A stretch of 32,546 nt of DNA from Muribaculaceae bacterium (GTDB lineage: Bacteria > Bacteroidota > Bacteroidia > Bacteroidales > Muribaculaceae): the NCBI GenBank assembly GCA_021443235.1, contig JABUUJ010000013.1, positions 4,480 to 37,025 of the forward strand. The letters run 5' to 3'. The notes below the pieces were generated by a model, which saw only the letters and a list, made by a program, of their open reading frames with translations, was not told the origin of the DNA and did not search any database. The stretch's first letter is position 1; each line of letters begins with the position of its first letter. The translations under genes were made by a program, and so were the position numbers. Of the stretch, positions 1 to 8,944 are shown in pieces.

Positions 1-504
1 GGTGATGTGACCGACAAGGCCACCTTCAACGCACTGGCACAGGAATATATCGATGGCCCGTTTGTTAACGGCCTGAGCGAGGCCAACTTCACCCTCTCGC
101 ACATCATGATGCAGAAGTTTGCTTGCCTCTTCCCCTGGGGCGCTCTCGAGGCATGGGTTGACCAGCGCAAGTACAAGTACGACATCGAGTACACTGGCGA
201 ATATCCCCACAGCGGCAACGGCTGGGATCTTGAGACCATCAACATGAAGAAGGACAGCGACCCCACCAAGGTGTTCAAGGGCTACTATCTGGCTCCGGCA
301 CAGGTACAGGGACGCAAGAGCGCCTACAACAAGAACAACGGTGGCTCGCCCTGCTTCCGCATCCGTCCGCGCTACAACTCTGAGTATATGTGGAACGTGC
401 CCAGCCTCAGAGTCCTCAAGCCCATCTCGGGTATTGCCGACAACTACCAGTGCTCTATGCCATGGTTTGCTTATCCCGGCGACCAGCCCACCGAGTTAAA
501 GTAA
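1..504 (+). CDS. C-terminal part of a SusD/RagB-family nutrient-binding outer membrane lipoprotein (5' truncated by window)
   Basis: Frame open from base 1. IMMQKFACLFPWGALEAWVDQRK resembles the SusD-like IxxQKxxxxF..EAW.D.RR motif, followed by RxRxxYNSE..N and a terminal PW motif; a lipoprotein gene follows, as in PULs. Confidence 0.7.
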   Translation, partial: GDVTDKATFNALAQEYIDGPFVNGLSEANFTLSHIMMQKFACLFPWGALEAWVDQRKYKYDIEYTGEYPHSGNGWDLETINMKKDSDPTKVFKGYYLAPAQVQGRKSAYNKNNGGSPCFRIRPRYNSEYMWNVPSLRVLKPISGIADNYQCSMPWFAYPGDQPTELK

Positions 505-518
505 TTTAGAGTATCACA

Positions 519-1382
519 ATGATTAAAACAACACCAATTATGAAAGGTATCAAATATTTAATGATTGCGGGAATGGCGGCACTTGTGCTGACATCTTGCG
601 ACAAAAAAGAGGTTGAAGGACCATGGGATATTGTCACCCAGCAACAGGCTCAGGTGCAAATCCTCTATGAGACACCCGTAGCAAGCGCTGCCGCCAACTA
701 TATCTACACTATGGTGCTGGGAACCGACAGCATCTACAACAACGGCGCCGCCCTCATCTCTAACTACAACGGCACCCCTGGTGGCTCAACTGGCCTGTTC
801 TACACCGTAAAGGCTGGCGAAAATGCCCTGAAGCTCTTGCTCAAGGACGGCACCGTAGTTTATGACAAGAAGTTCACCGTTGAGGCTGGCCACAAGTATC
901 AGGTTTATGTGCCTGAGTATGACAAGGATCCCATCGTTATCGACAGCGGAACAATTCCTCTGCTCGTAACCACCAACACTGCCGAGTACTTCGCAGTGCG
1001 ACTGGTTAACATGATGTGGGAGACTCCTCTCCAGCGTCCCGACTACAAGCTGCAGCTGCGCATCCAGAACGACCAAAGCAAGGAATATGAGCCTTGGGGC
1101 AAGCCTGTTGCCTTTGGCGAGGCTACCGAGTGGCTCACTCCGCCGCTGCACAAGACCACATTCAACTCAAGCGGCTCGCAGCGCATCAACCTTGACCTCG
1201 TTATGATAGACGCAAGTGGTAAAGAACTTGGACGCATGAAGTACACCAAGAGCACTGGCGCCGAGGCCGAGTTTACCGACTACTGGACCGAGACCATCGG
1301 CCGTGGCTATGTGTGGATTCTCCATGGCACTCGCGGCGACAAGGTTGCTCCCGTCGCAATCTCGCAGTGGACACTCCGTTAA
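519..1382 (+). CDS. Lipoprotein downstream of susD, putative surface glycan-binding (DUF4397-like beta-sandwich) protein; start could be 540
   Basis: Signal peptide with lipobox LTSC; beta-rich, Thr/Trp-rich sequence; 14 bp after the susD-like stop; host-like codon usage. Confidence 0.6.
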   Translation: MIKTTPIMKGIKYLMIAGMAALVLTSCDKKEVEGPWDIVTQQQAQVQILYETPVASAAANYIYTMVLGTDSIYNNGAALISNYNGTPGGSTGLFYTVKAGENALKLLLKDGTVVYDKKFTVEAGHKYQVYVPEYDKDPIVIDSGTIPLLVTTNTAEYFAVRLVNMMWETPLQRPDYKLQLRIQNDQSKEYEPWGKPVAFGEATEWLTPPLHKTTFNSSGSQRINLDLVMIDASGKELGRMKYTKSTGAEAEFTDYWTETIGRGYVWILHGTRGDKVAPVAISQWTLR

Positions 1383-1439
1383 TCCTCCTCACTCACGCTA
1401 ACCCCGCGGCCCTGCCGCAAGGTTAGCCCATAAAAACCA

Positions 1440-1479
1440 AGCGTGGCGCTCCCCCATCACCGGGCGCCACGCTTTTTTT
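1440..1479 (+). terminator. Intrinsic terminator ending the susD operon (preceded by a second hairpin at 1398-1427)
   Basis: AGCGTGGCGC(T)C...GGGCGCCACGCT followed by a T run. Confidence 0.75.
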
Positions 1480-1510
1480 CTTTTAAAAGTGTGTAATTTT
1501 GGGTTGTAGC

Positions 1511-2875
1511 CTAAAAAATGATTTTTTCCTTGTTGTCAAGCCGCCTGCTTGAGCCTATAAACATGACATTATAGATAGGCATATATGTGATTTTCCCATC
1601 ACTTTTCACATCGCGGTCGCTGTGCAGCACAATTGCCGACTTAATGCCGTAGTCGGGAACATCGACCAACCTTGACAAAGACCTGTGAGACATATAGTCT
1701 TTGCCCGATTTTACCTCAACAGGCAGAACAGAAGCCTCCATCTTATCATCAATAAGATAATCGACCTCGCCACGCCGGTTGTTGTCGTAATAAAACAGAT
1801 TGTGACCATGCGCCTTGAGTTCTTGTGCAACAGCACTCTCATACACTGCGCCCAGGTTGATGCTGAGCTGGTCGTTCAGCACAGGCATAAGGTCTATGTC
1901 ATAAAGCTGCCATGTGAGTATTCCGACATCGTTTAGATAAAGTTTAAGCAAGTTTTTATGAACCGACTCACACAATGGGTAAACGGGATTGGAAATAGCA
2001 TTGACACTCAGTGAGATTCCCGATGAAATCAAATATTCAAACTCCTCGGCATACCAGCTGAAACGGTCGCCCTTTTGACCTCTTATGGCACTTGCCACAA
2101 TGCGCTTCTTCTTATTTTCCATTTGCGACGGAATCATGTCATAAATGCGCTGCACAAGGAGCTTGCGGCTTCTCGACTGCTCATATTTAGAGGCATCGTC
2201 CTTATACATCCTGTGAATATCGGCATGTACCGCCCGCACATTCACAATGTTATGCGACGATAGGTATTCATTCACGGCATCGGGCATGCCTCCCACCAAC
2301 AAATACTTGCGGAAATGGTCCATCACAAGGTTGTGCATGTCTTTGGGCAAGCTTTGCTTGTCATAATAGCATCCCTTCATGTGGTCGATAGCCTCAGTGC
2401 CCATGCCATTGGCAATCAGAAATTCCTCAAAATCAAGCTGGAACATTCTCTTTATCAAGATGCTGCCTATAGGAATTGATGTGGTCTTCCTAAGCGCTAT
2501 CCCCAGCATGCTGCCGCTGGCTATGTACCTGAAACGCCCATCCTCGCGCAAGAACTTGAGAAGTGTCAGAAATTGAGGATAGTGCTGTATCTCATCAAAG
2601 AACACTAATGTGTTGTCGCGATTACCCAACTGGCTGTTGGCTATCATGCTAAGCCTTAGATAAAAATCCTCAATGCTGCGAATTTCCTTGAAAAGTTGTT
2701 GGGTTTCATCGTCTTTTACAAAATTCAACTCAACAAAATTGGGAAACAGGCGTCGGCCTATCTCTCTTATAATATAAGATTTGCCCACTTGTCGAGCACC
2801 CTCAACAACAAGAATTTTGTCGCTCGTTGAACGCAAGTGGTTTTCTATCTCTAAACCAATTTTTCTAAACAGCAT
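1511..2875 (-). CDS. AAA_14-type ATPase with C-terminal DUF4143 / PD-(D/E)xK nuclease-like domain
   Basis: Walker A GARQVGKS, Walker B VFFDEIQ, ASGS, YLLVGGMP, GAVYESAVAQEL, then EVDYLI...PVEVKSG; visibly AT-richer than flanking genes. Confidence 0.85.
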   Translation of the reverse strand: MLFRKIGLEIENHLRSTSDKILVVEGARQVGKSYIIREIGRRLFPNFVELNFVKDDETQQLFKEIRSIEDFYLRLSMIANSQLGNRDNTLVFFDEIQHYPQFLTLLKFLREDGRFRYIASGSMLGIALRKTTSIPIGSILIKRMFQLDFEEFLIANGMGTEAIDHMKGCYYDKQSLPKDMHNLVMDHFRKYLLVGGMPDAVNEYLSSHNIVNVRAVHADIHRMYKDDASKYEQSRSRKLLVQRIYDMIPSQMENKKKRIVASAIRGQKGDRFSWYAEEFEYLISSGISLSVNAISNPVYPLCESVHKNLLKLYLNDVGILTWQLYDIDLMPVLNDQLSINLGAVYESAVAQELKAHGHNLFYYDNNRRGEVDYLIDDKMEASVLPVEVKSGKDYMSHRSLSRLVDVPDYGIKSAIVLHSDRDVKSDGKITYMPIYNVMFIGSSRRLDNKEKIIF

Positions 2876-2896
2876 ATTATCAATGTGGTAAATTTA

Positions 2897-3013
2897 AAAA
2901 TTACACTTTTTGCAGAATTTCCACCCTGCAAAATTACACTTTTTGCAGAAAATGTGCAAGCAAAAATTACATTTTTTGCAGTTTTTTTGGGGTTGAAAAT
3001 TACACTTTTTGCA
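2897..3013. repeat. Four copies of 18-bp AAAATTACAYTTTTTGCA at exact 33-bp period with unique 15-bp spacers
   Basis: Copies at 2897, 2930, 2963, 2996; spacers GAATTTCCACCCTGC, GAAAATGTGCAAGCA, GTTTTTTTGGGGTTG. Confidence 0.95.
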
Positions 3014-3046
3014 ATTTTGTGGGGAAATCAGCCTTGTTGAAGGGTT

Positions 3047-3082
3047 AAAGTCAAGGCCAACGTCAGAGTCAAAGTCAAAGCA
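3047..3082. repeat. Degenerate hexamer tandem array (AAAGTC consensus)
   Basis: AAAGTC AAGGCC AACGTC AGAGTC AAAGTC AAAGCA. Confidence 0.7.
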
Positions 3083-3131
3083 AGGGTGGGATGGCAAAAT
3101 GCAAGGGAAATGGAGGAAAAATGGTGGAAAT

Positions 3132-3163
3132 TTTGTGTGTTTGGTGTAAAAGTGCTATATTTG
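3132..3163 (+). promoter_or_regulatory. Bacteroidetes primary-sigma promoter (-33 TTTG / -7 TATATTTG)
   Basis: TTTG 3132-3135, 20-bp spacer, TATATTTG 3156-3163, ATG at 3172. Confidence 0.65.
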
Positions 3164-3171
3164 CAATAATT

Positions 3172-3723
3172 ATGGAGAAGACTTGTCCCCGATGCAAAAA
3201 AAAGGTCGTGGTTTCCAGCGAGGAACTGTCGATGCGCGGTGGCGTTGCGGTGTGTCCGCAATGCCTGGCATTCTTCGACATGGATGGTAACATCGTCAAT
3301 GCCAGCCGGCAGGGGCACTCGCGCATGAAGGCTGGCGAGCCGACGCTACCCGCCAAGGACCCCGAGGCCTACAGTTTTTGCCCCGAGTGCGGCAAGCCGT
3401 TGCCTGGTGGCATCAGGTTTTGCCCCTATTGCGGCATCCGCCTGTCGGCCCCCACTGAGCCGCGTTGCGACGAAGGCGTTGCTCCCGAGTCACTGAAACC
3501 CGCACCTGTGTCTGTGACCCCCGAGCCGCAGCCAGTCGCCCAGCCAGTCGTTCAGCCCCAGCCGTCGCAGTGGACTCCGGTCTATCCCACCTACTATCGC
3601 GAGCGCAAGTGGGGCTCGGAGCCAGCCAGCCTACGCACTCGCGTGGTGGGCTATTGCATCATTGTGGCGCAGCTGATTGTGCTGCTGGTGATTGTGTGGG
3701 GCGGTTTTCGCATAAGTGAGTGA
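3172..3723 (+). CDS. Double zinc-ribbon protein with Pro/Gln-rich linker and C-terminal transmembrane helix
   Basis: CPRC...CPQC and CPEC...CPYC pairs, PEPQPVAQPVVQPQP linker, hydrophobic C-terminal segment; start moved from 3091 to 3172 because the promoter lies at 3132-3163. Confidence 0.75.
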   Translation: MEKTCPRCKKKVVVSSEELSMRGGVAVCPQCLAFFDMDGNIVNASRQGHSRMKAGEPTLPAKDPEAYSFCPECGKPLPGGIRFCPYCGIRLSAPTEPRCDEGVAPESLKPAPVSVTPEPQPVAQPVVQPQPSQWTPVYPTYYRERKWGSEPASLRTRVVGYCIIVAQLIVLLVIVWGGFRISE

Positions 3724-3762
3724 TAATCATAAACCATACCATAAATAAAAAACTAAGACACT

Positions 3763-4842
3763 ATGAACAACAATCGCTATTGTGTGATAATGTGCGGCGG
3801 CGTGGGAAGCCGTTTCTGGCCCTACAGCCGCGCCAACATGCCCAAGCAGTTTATCGACTTCTTTGGCACTGGTCGCAGCCTGTTGCAAATGACAGTTGAC
3901 CGCATAAAGGGCTTAGTGCCCGACGAGAATATCATCATGCTCACCAATGCGCAGTATGCCGGCATCATCGCCGAGCAGTTGCCGCAGCTCAAGCCCGAGC
4001 AGATCTTGCTTGAGCCAGCGCGTCGCAACACGGCGCCGTGCATCGCCTGGGCTGCGTGGCACATCAAGGCCCTCAACCCCGACGCGCAGATTATGGTGGC
4101 ACCCAGCGATCACCTCATCCTCATGATCGACGAGTATCGCGAGTGTGTGAACAAGGCCTTTGACTTCATCGCCAGTCGCAGCGCCATCCTCACGATGGGC
4201 ATCAAGCCCAACCGGCCCGAGACGGGCTACGGCTATATCCAGGTGGGCGATATGATTTGCCCCGATATCATGGAGGTGAAGACCTTTACCGAGAAGCCCA
4301 ACGTAGAGTTGGCGCGCGTTTTCCTCGAGAGCGGCGAGTTTTTCTGGAACTCGGGTATGTTTTTCTGGAGCGCCGACACCATCATTGACGCCATCACCAC
4401 CCATGCCGCCGACATTGCCGCAATCTTCGATGCTGGCAAGCACGTGATGGGCACCGCCGTCGAGCAGACATACATCAACGAGCGTTACTCGAGTTGCCGC
4501 AACGTGTCGATCGACTTTGCGGTGATGGAGAAAGCGCCCAATGTCTATGTCGAGTGCGTTGACTATGGGTGGAACGATCTGGGCACATGGGGCTCGCTCT
4601 ACGACAACAGCGAGCATGGCGACGCGGGCAATGCCACATTGGGCAGCAACGTGATGTGCTACAACGCCTCCAACAATATCATCAAGACCCATGGCGACAA
4701 GATTGTGGTGGTTGACGGTCTCAACGACTATATTGTTGCCGATGTCAACGACGCGCTGCTCATCGTGCCCAAGAGCAAGGAGCAGAAGATACGCCTCTAT
4801 GTAAACGAAATCAAGGAGAAGTTTGGCGATAAATACCTCTAA
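3763..4842 (+). CDS. manC: Mannose-1-phosphate guanylyltransferase
   Basis: VIMCGGVGSRFWPYSR..PKQF, LEPARRNTAPCI, PSDH, PETGYGYI, FTEKP, WNSGMF, SIDFAVMEK, WNDLGTW. Confidence 0.92.
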   Translation: MNNNRYCVIMCGGVGSRFWPYSRANMPKQFIDFFGTGRSLLQMTVDRIKGLVPDENIIMLTNAQYAGIIAEQLPQLKPEQILLEPARRNTAPCIAWAAWHIKALNPDAQIMVAPSDHLILMIDEYRECVNKAFDFIASRSAILTMGIKPNRPETGYGYIQVGDMICPDIMEVKTFTEKPNVELARVFLESGEFFWNSGMFFWSADTIIDAITTHAADIAAIFDAGKHVMGTAVEQTYINERYSSCRNVSIDFAVMEKAPNVYVECVDYGWNDLGTWGSLYDNSEHGDAGNATLGSNVMCYNASNNIIKTHGDKIVVVDGLNDYIVADVNDALLIVPKSKEQKIRLYVNEIKEKFGDKYL

Positions 4843-4848
4843 CGCATT

Positions 4849-5325
4849 ATGGAAAAGATAGATAATCTTGATAAAAAGATTTTGGGCATCATCATGAAGA
4901 ATGCCCGCACCCCGTCGAAGGACGTGGCCGTTGACTGCAACGTGTCGCGCGCGGCGATACATCAGCGCATCCAGCGCATGATTGAGACCGGAGTCATCAC
5001 CGGCTCGGGCTACAACGTCAACCCCAAGGCGCTGGGCTGGGCCACCTGCACCTACATAGGCATCCAGCTGCAAAAGGGCTCGATGTATCGTGATGTGGTG
5101 CCCGAACTTGAGAAGATACGCGAAGTTGTCGAGTGCCATTTCACTACAGGCTCCTACACGATGCTCATCAAGCTCTATGCTCGCGACAACCAGCACCTCA
5201 TGGAGCTGCTCAACGACAAGATTCAGCACATCCCAGGCGTGATGGCCACCGAGACACTTATCTCGCTGGAACAAAGCATCAACCGCCAGATTCCAATACG
5301 CAACGACAACAACGACAAGCAATGA
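4849..5325 (+). CDS. Lrp/AsnC family transcriptional regulator
   Basis: IDNLDKKIL...NARTP...VSRAAIHQRIQRM..GVI HTH plus C-terminal RAM domain (EVVECHFTTGSY). Confidence 0.92.
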   Translation: MEKIDNLDKKILGIIMKNARTPSKDVAVDCNVSRAAIHQRIQRMIETGVITGSGYNVNPKALGWATCTYIGIQLQKGSMYRDVVPELEKIREVVECHFTTGSYTMLIKLYARDNQHLMELLNDKIQHIPGVMATETLISLEQSINRQIPIRNDNNDKQ

Positions 5326-6275
5326 AAATCGTAGTGCTTGATGGCTATCCCGGCAATCCAGGCGACCTGTCGTGGGAGGAACTGAGAAATGTGGGCGATT
5401 GCGAGGTGTATAACCGCTCGGCCGTTAACGAAATCGTGCCCCGCTGCATCGACGCCGACGCTGTGCTCGTCAACAAACTGAGCATCACGCGCGAAATTAT
5501 TGCCCAGTTGCCGCGCCTCAAATATCTGGGCGAGATGGGCACAGGATATAACAATATCGACGTGGAGGCTGCTCACGAGCATGGCATCGTGGTGACCAAT
5601 GTGCCAGCCTACAGCACCCGCTCGGTGGCGCAGATGGCTATCGCACACATGCTCAACTTTGCCTGTCGCACAGGGCATTACACCCGTCAGTGCCGCGCGG
5701 GCCGATGGAGCGACAGCAAGGACTTTTGCTACAGCGACACCCCGCTCATAGAGATGGCGGGCAAGCAGATGGGCATCGTGGGCATGGGGCAGATAGGCTC
5801 GGCGGTGGCCCACATCGCGCTGGCGCTGGGCATGACCGTCATGGCCTACACCTCCAAGCCGCAAGAGCTGATGCCCGGGGGCGTAACTGCCACCAGCGAC
5901 CTTGACCAGGTGTTTGCCACCAGCGATGTCGTGTCGCTGCACTGTCCACTCACGCCCACCAACAAGGGCATGGTCGACGCCCGCCGTTTGGCACTCATGA
6001 AGCCCACGGCGATGCTCATCAACACTGCCCGCGGCCTGCTCATCGATGAGCAGGCACTGGCCCAAGCTCTTAACGACGGCGTCATCATGGCGGCAGCGCT
6101 CGACGTGATGATTGACGAGCCGCCGGCTCACGACAACCCGCTGCTCACCGCCCGCAACTGCTTCTTCACGCCCCATGTGGGCTGGGCGACACACGAGGCG
6201 CGCGAGCGCATGATGCGCGTCATCATCGACAACGTGGTGGCATGGGTGCAAGGCAAGCCCGAGAACGTGGTGTAG
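5322..6275 (+). CDS. D-2-hydroxyacid dehydrogenase (glycerate dehydrogenase / hydroxypyruvate reductase-like)
   Basis: Start MKIVVLDG at an ATGA overlap with the Lrp stop; GIVGMGQIG, SLHCPL, INTARG, ALDV..EP, TPHVGW. Confidence 0.9.
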   Translation: MKIVVLDGYPGNPGDLSWEELRNVGDCEVYNRSAVNEIVPRCIDADAVLVNKLSITREIIAQLPRLKYLGEMGTGYNNIDVEAAHEHGIVVTNVPAYSTRSVAQMAIAHMLNFACRTGHYTRQCRAGRWSDSKDFCYSDTPLIEMAGKQMGIVGMGQIGSAVAHIALALGMTVMAYTSKPQELMPGGVTATSDLDQVFATSDVVSLHCPLTPTNKGMVDARRLALMKPTAMLINTARGLLIDEQALAQALNDGVIMAAALDVMIDEPPAHDNPLLTARNCFFTPHVGWATHEARERMMRVIIDNVVAWVQGKPENVV

Positions 6276-6283
6276 GGTAGGGC

Positions 6284-8428
6284 GTGTGCGTCAAGAAAAG
6301 AATAGAACATGATTTTGAAAATATTACAGCGACTTTGAACTGTTTCACACCGGCGCTACAGCGCTTTTTGCACATAGTGATGATGGCTGTGATGGGGCTC
6401 TCGCTCCACTCATGCGCCAATATCGGTTCGCCTGAGGGCGGCCCCATGGACTTTACGCCCCCGGTCTTTGTCAAGTCATCGCCAGCCCAGGGCGCTATCA
6501 ACGTCAAGGGCAACAAGGCCGAGATTGTTTTTGATGAGATAGTCAACATCAAAGACCAGCAGAAGAAGGTGAGCGTGTCGCCCGTGCAGAAGGAGCAGCC
6601 CATCATCAAGTCGCTGGGCAAGAAGGTGACCATCGAGTTTCGCGACGAGATGAAACCCAACACGACCTATTGCGTGGATTTCTCCAACGCTATTGAGGAC
6701 AACAACGAGGGAAACCCGCTCGACGGCTTCGCATTCGCGTTCTCGACGGGCGACGACATCGATACGCTGGAGGTGTCGGGCATCATGTTGCGTGCTCGCG
6801 ACCTGGAGCCCATGCAGCACGTCATCGTGGGCCTGCACAGTTGCCTCGACGACACTGCATTCACCAAAATCCCGCTGGAGCGCATATCGCGCACCAACGA
6901 CCGCGGCCAGTTCACCCTGCGCAACCTCAAGCCAGGGCGTTACCACGTGTTTGGGCTTAACGACATGGACGGCGACTATCGCATGGCTCGCACCGAGGAC
7001 ATTGCGTTCCTTGACGAGATAATCGTGCCCACGGCAACCCAATATGAGTCGATGGACACGGTGTTTACCTATGACAATAAGGTAGACACGGTGATTCAAG
7101 GCACACACACGCAGTTTTTGCCCAACAATGTGCTGCTCATGATGTTTAACGAGGACTTCCACTCGCTTTATCGCAAAACCACCTCCCGCCCGTCGCCATC
7201 GCGACTGCACGTGCTGCTGTCGACACGCAGTCCGCAACTGCCCACGATGCGCCTGCTCAAGCCCGAGTACGAGGGCGACGACTGGTATGTGCTGGAGCGC
7301 ACCCCACGCAACGACTCGCTGTTCTACTGGGTGAAGGACTCGGCACTCATCAAGAGCGACAGCATCGTGGTGGCAATGGACTACCTGCGCACCGACTCGA
7401 CCGACAACCTCTCGCTCACCACCGACACCATCACCTTTGCCTATCGCAAAACGGGCTCCCAGCTCAAGGCCGAGGCTCAGGAGAAGAAAGACCGCGAGGA
7501 GCGTGCCAAGCGCGCCAAGTCGTTGCGCGAGAAACTTGATAAGGGCAAGGAAATCGACCCTGAGGACGAGAAGTTTCTCGCCGACTATGACAAACCTAAT
7601 ATTCCCAAGTTGGATGTGAAGTTTGCCAAGAGCGGGTCGTTTGAGATCTACGACACCCTCTTCGTCAACTTCCCCACGCCCATCGACAGCATCGACCCGG
7701 GAGGGGTGCATCTGGAAATGAGGCGCGACTCGCTGTGGATTGAGCAGACGGGCGTGCCGGCACTGTGCCCCGCCGACTCGTGCAGCGTGCTGCGCTACAT
7801 GCTGCCCATGACCTTTGAGCCCGACTCGGCCTATCGCATAACCATTGACTCACTGGCCATTCGCTCAATCTATGGCATCTACAACGACCCCATAAAGATG
7901 GACTTCAACATCAAGGGTTATGAGCAGTATGCCAACTTGGTGGTGAAAGTCAACGTGCCCGACCACGCCTTTATCGAGATGCTCGACACAAGCGACAAGG
8001 TGGTGCGCCGCTCAACGGTCGGTGGCGGCAGGGCCGAATTTGAGAATGTGTTGCCCAGCAATTACTACTTGCGACTGGTGCTCGACGCCAACGACAACGG
8101 CGAGTGGGATACGGGCAACTATGCCCAGCACCTCCAGCCCGAGGAGGTCTACTACTATCCCAAGCGGCTGAAATTGCGCCGAAACTGGGATGTGGAGGAG
8201 ACTTGGGACATCTATGCGACTGCGCTCGACTTGCAGAAGCAGCCCGAGTTGCTGAAGAATCGTCCTGAGGAGAGTAAGAACAAGATTGAGCAGCGTCGCA
8301 ACAAGAACAAGAAGAAGGGCCAAAACGACGATGAGGAGGAAGACGAGTTTAACTCCAACGGCTTCATCAACAATATCTACAGCGGCGACCGCTATCGCGA
8401 CTACCAGCAGCAAAACACTCGCCGATAA
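6284..8428 (+). CDS. Ig-like (Big_5-type) domain-containing lipoprotein; true start probably TTG 6335 or ATG 6380
   Basis: Lipobox LHSC followed by ANIGSPEGGPMDFTPP, PNTTY..F..AI.DNNEGN and C-terminal DANDNGEWDTGNY....QPE motifs typical of a conserved Bacteroidetes Ig-like protein. Confidence 0.8.
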   Translation: MCVKKRIEHDFENITATLNCFTPALQRFLHIVMMAVMGLSLHSCANIGSPEGGPMDFTPPVFVKSSPAQGAINVKGNKAEIVFDEIVNIKDQQKKVSVSPVQKEQPIIKSLGKKVTIEFRDEMKPNTTYCVDFSNAIEDNNEGNPLDGFAFAFSTGDDIDTLEVSGIMLRARDLEPMQHVIVGLHSCLDDTAFTKIPLERISRTNDRGQFTLRNLKPGRYHVFGLNDMDGDYRMARTEDIAFLDEIIVPTATQYESMDTVFTYDNKVDTVIQGTHTQFLPNNVLLMMFNEDFHSLYRKTTSRPSPSRLHVLLSTRSPQLPTMRLLKPEYEGDDWYVLERTPRNDSLFYWVKDSALIKSDSIVVAMDYLRTDSTDNLSLTTDTITFAYRKTGSQLKAEAQEKKDREERAKRAKSLREKLDKGKEIDPEDEKFLADYDKPNIPKLDVKFAKSGSFEIYDTLFVNFPTPIDSIDPGGVHLEMRRDSLWIEQTGVPALCPADSCSVLRYMLPMTFEPDSAYRITIDSLAIRSIYGIYNDPIKMDFNIKGYEQYANLVVKVNVPDHAFIEMLDTSDKVVRRSTVGGGRAEFENVLPSNYYLRLVLDANDNGEWDTGNYAQHLQPEEVYYYPKRLKLRRNWDVEETWDIYATALDLQKQPELLKNRPEESKNKIEQRRNKNKKKGQNDDEEEDEFNSNGFINNIYSGDRYRDYQQQNTRR

Positions 8429-8448
8429 CCCCCTTTTCCACAAAACAG

Positions 8449-8482
8449 AAAGTGCGACACCAGGTTGAGGTGTCGCACTTTT
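8449..8482. terminator. Bidirectional intrinsic terminator between convergent genes
   Basis: AAAGTGCGACACC / GGTGTCGCACTTT perfect 13-bp inverted repeat. Confidence 0.8.
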
Positions 8483-8511
8483 CCTTTAGGGGGCTGTTGT
8501 AAGTTGAGAGC

Positions 8512-8913
8512 TTACTTGTTAGAGTTGATATACCACTTGCCGTCGGTGAGGATGCAGTTCAGCTTGTCGGTTTTCTCTAAACCTTTGACTGTTTTTGTCT
8601 TAACTGTCACGGTAGCGGTTTTGCCGTCCTCGGCGACTTTCTCCTCTATCACCTCATAGCTGGCAATCATGTTGCCTTTGGTGTCCTCCTTCTTGGCTTT
8701 TTCTTCCATCATTGCGGCGAAGTTGTCTTTTTTCTCTTTAGAGAGGGGTTGTCCGTCTTTTGAGCACAGGCAGTCCATGGCGGCCTTGAAGTCCTGTGCT
8801 ACCAAAGCGTCATGGTAGGTCTTGACAACCTTGGTGGGGCTTTCTTTGTCGCAAGAAGTGAAGGCGAGCATGGCGCCAACAACCATAATGAGTGCTAAAA
8901 TTACTTTTTTCAT
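8512..8913 (-). CDS. Small lipoprotein, DUF4878 / lumazine-binding-like NTF2 fold
   Basis: Lipobox FTSC; SP..VVK.Y..AL...DF..A; EVIEEKV.EDG.TATVTV; DGKW end. Confidence 0.75.
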   Translation of the reverse strand: MKKVILALIMVVGAMLAFTSCDKESPTKVVKTYHDALVAQDFKAAMDCLCSKDGQPLSKEKKDNFAAMMEEKAKKEDTKGNMIASYEVIEEKVAEDGKTATVTVKTKTVKGLEKTDKLNCILTDGKWYINSNK

Positions 8914-8944
8914 TGTGCAAATTGTTTAATTGGTTAATAATATA

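Noticed and set aside
2897..3013. Canonical CRISPR array
   Set aside because: Repeat (18 bp) and spacers (15 bp) are well below CRISPR sizes and no cas genes are in the window.
2894..3097. 67-aa minus-strand ORF with four CKKC motifs upstream of ATPase 1
   Set aside because: It is the translation of the 33-bp DNA array with a TTG start; near-total nucleotide identity of the repeats points to a DNA-level signal. A Cys-rich leader peptide cannot be excluded without ribosome profiling.
5133..5321. N-terminal extension of the dehydrogenase ORF
   Set aside because: Overlaps the Lrp gene; the ATGA overlap at 5322 gives the family-typical start.
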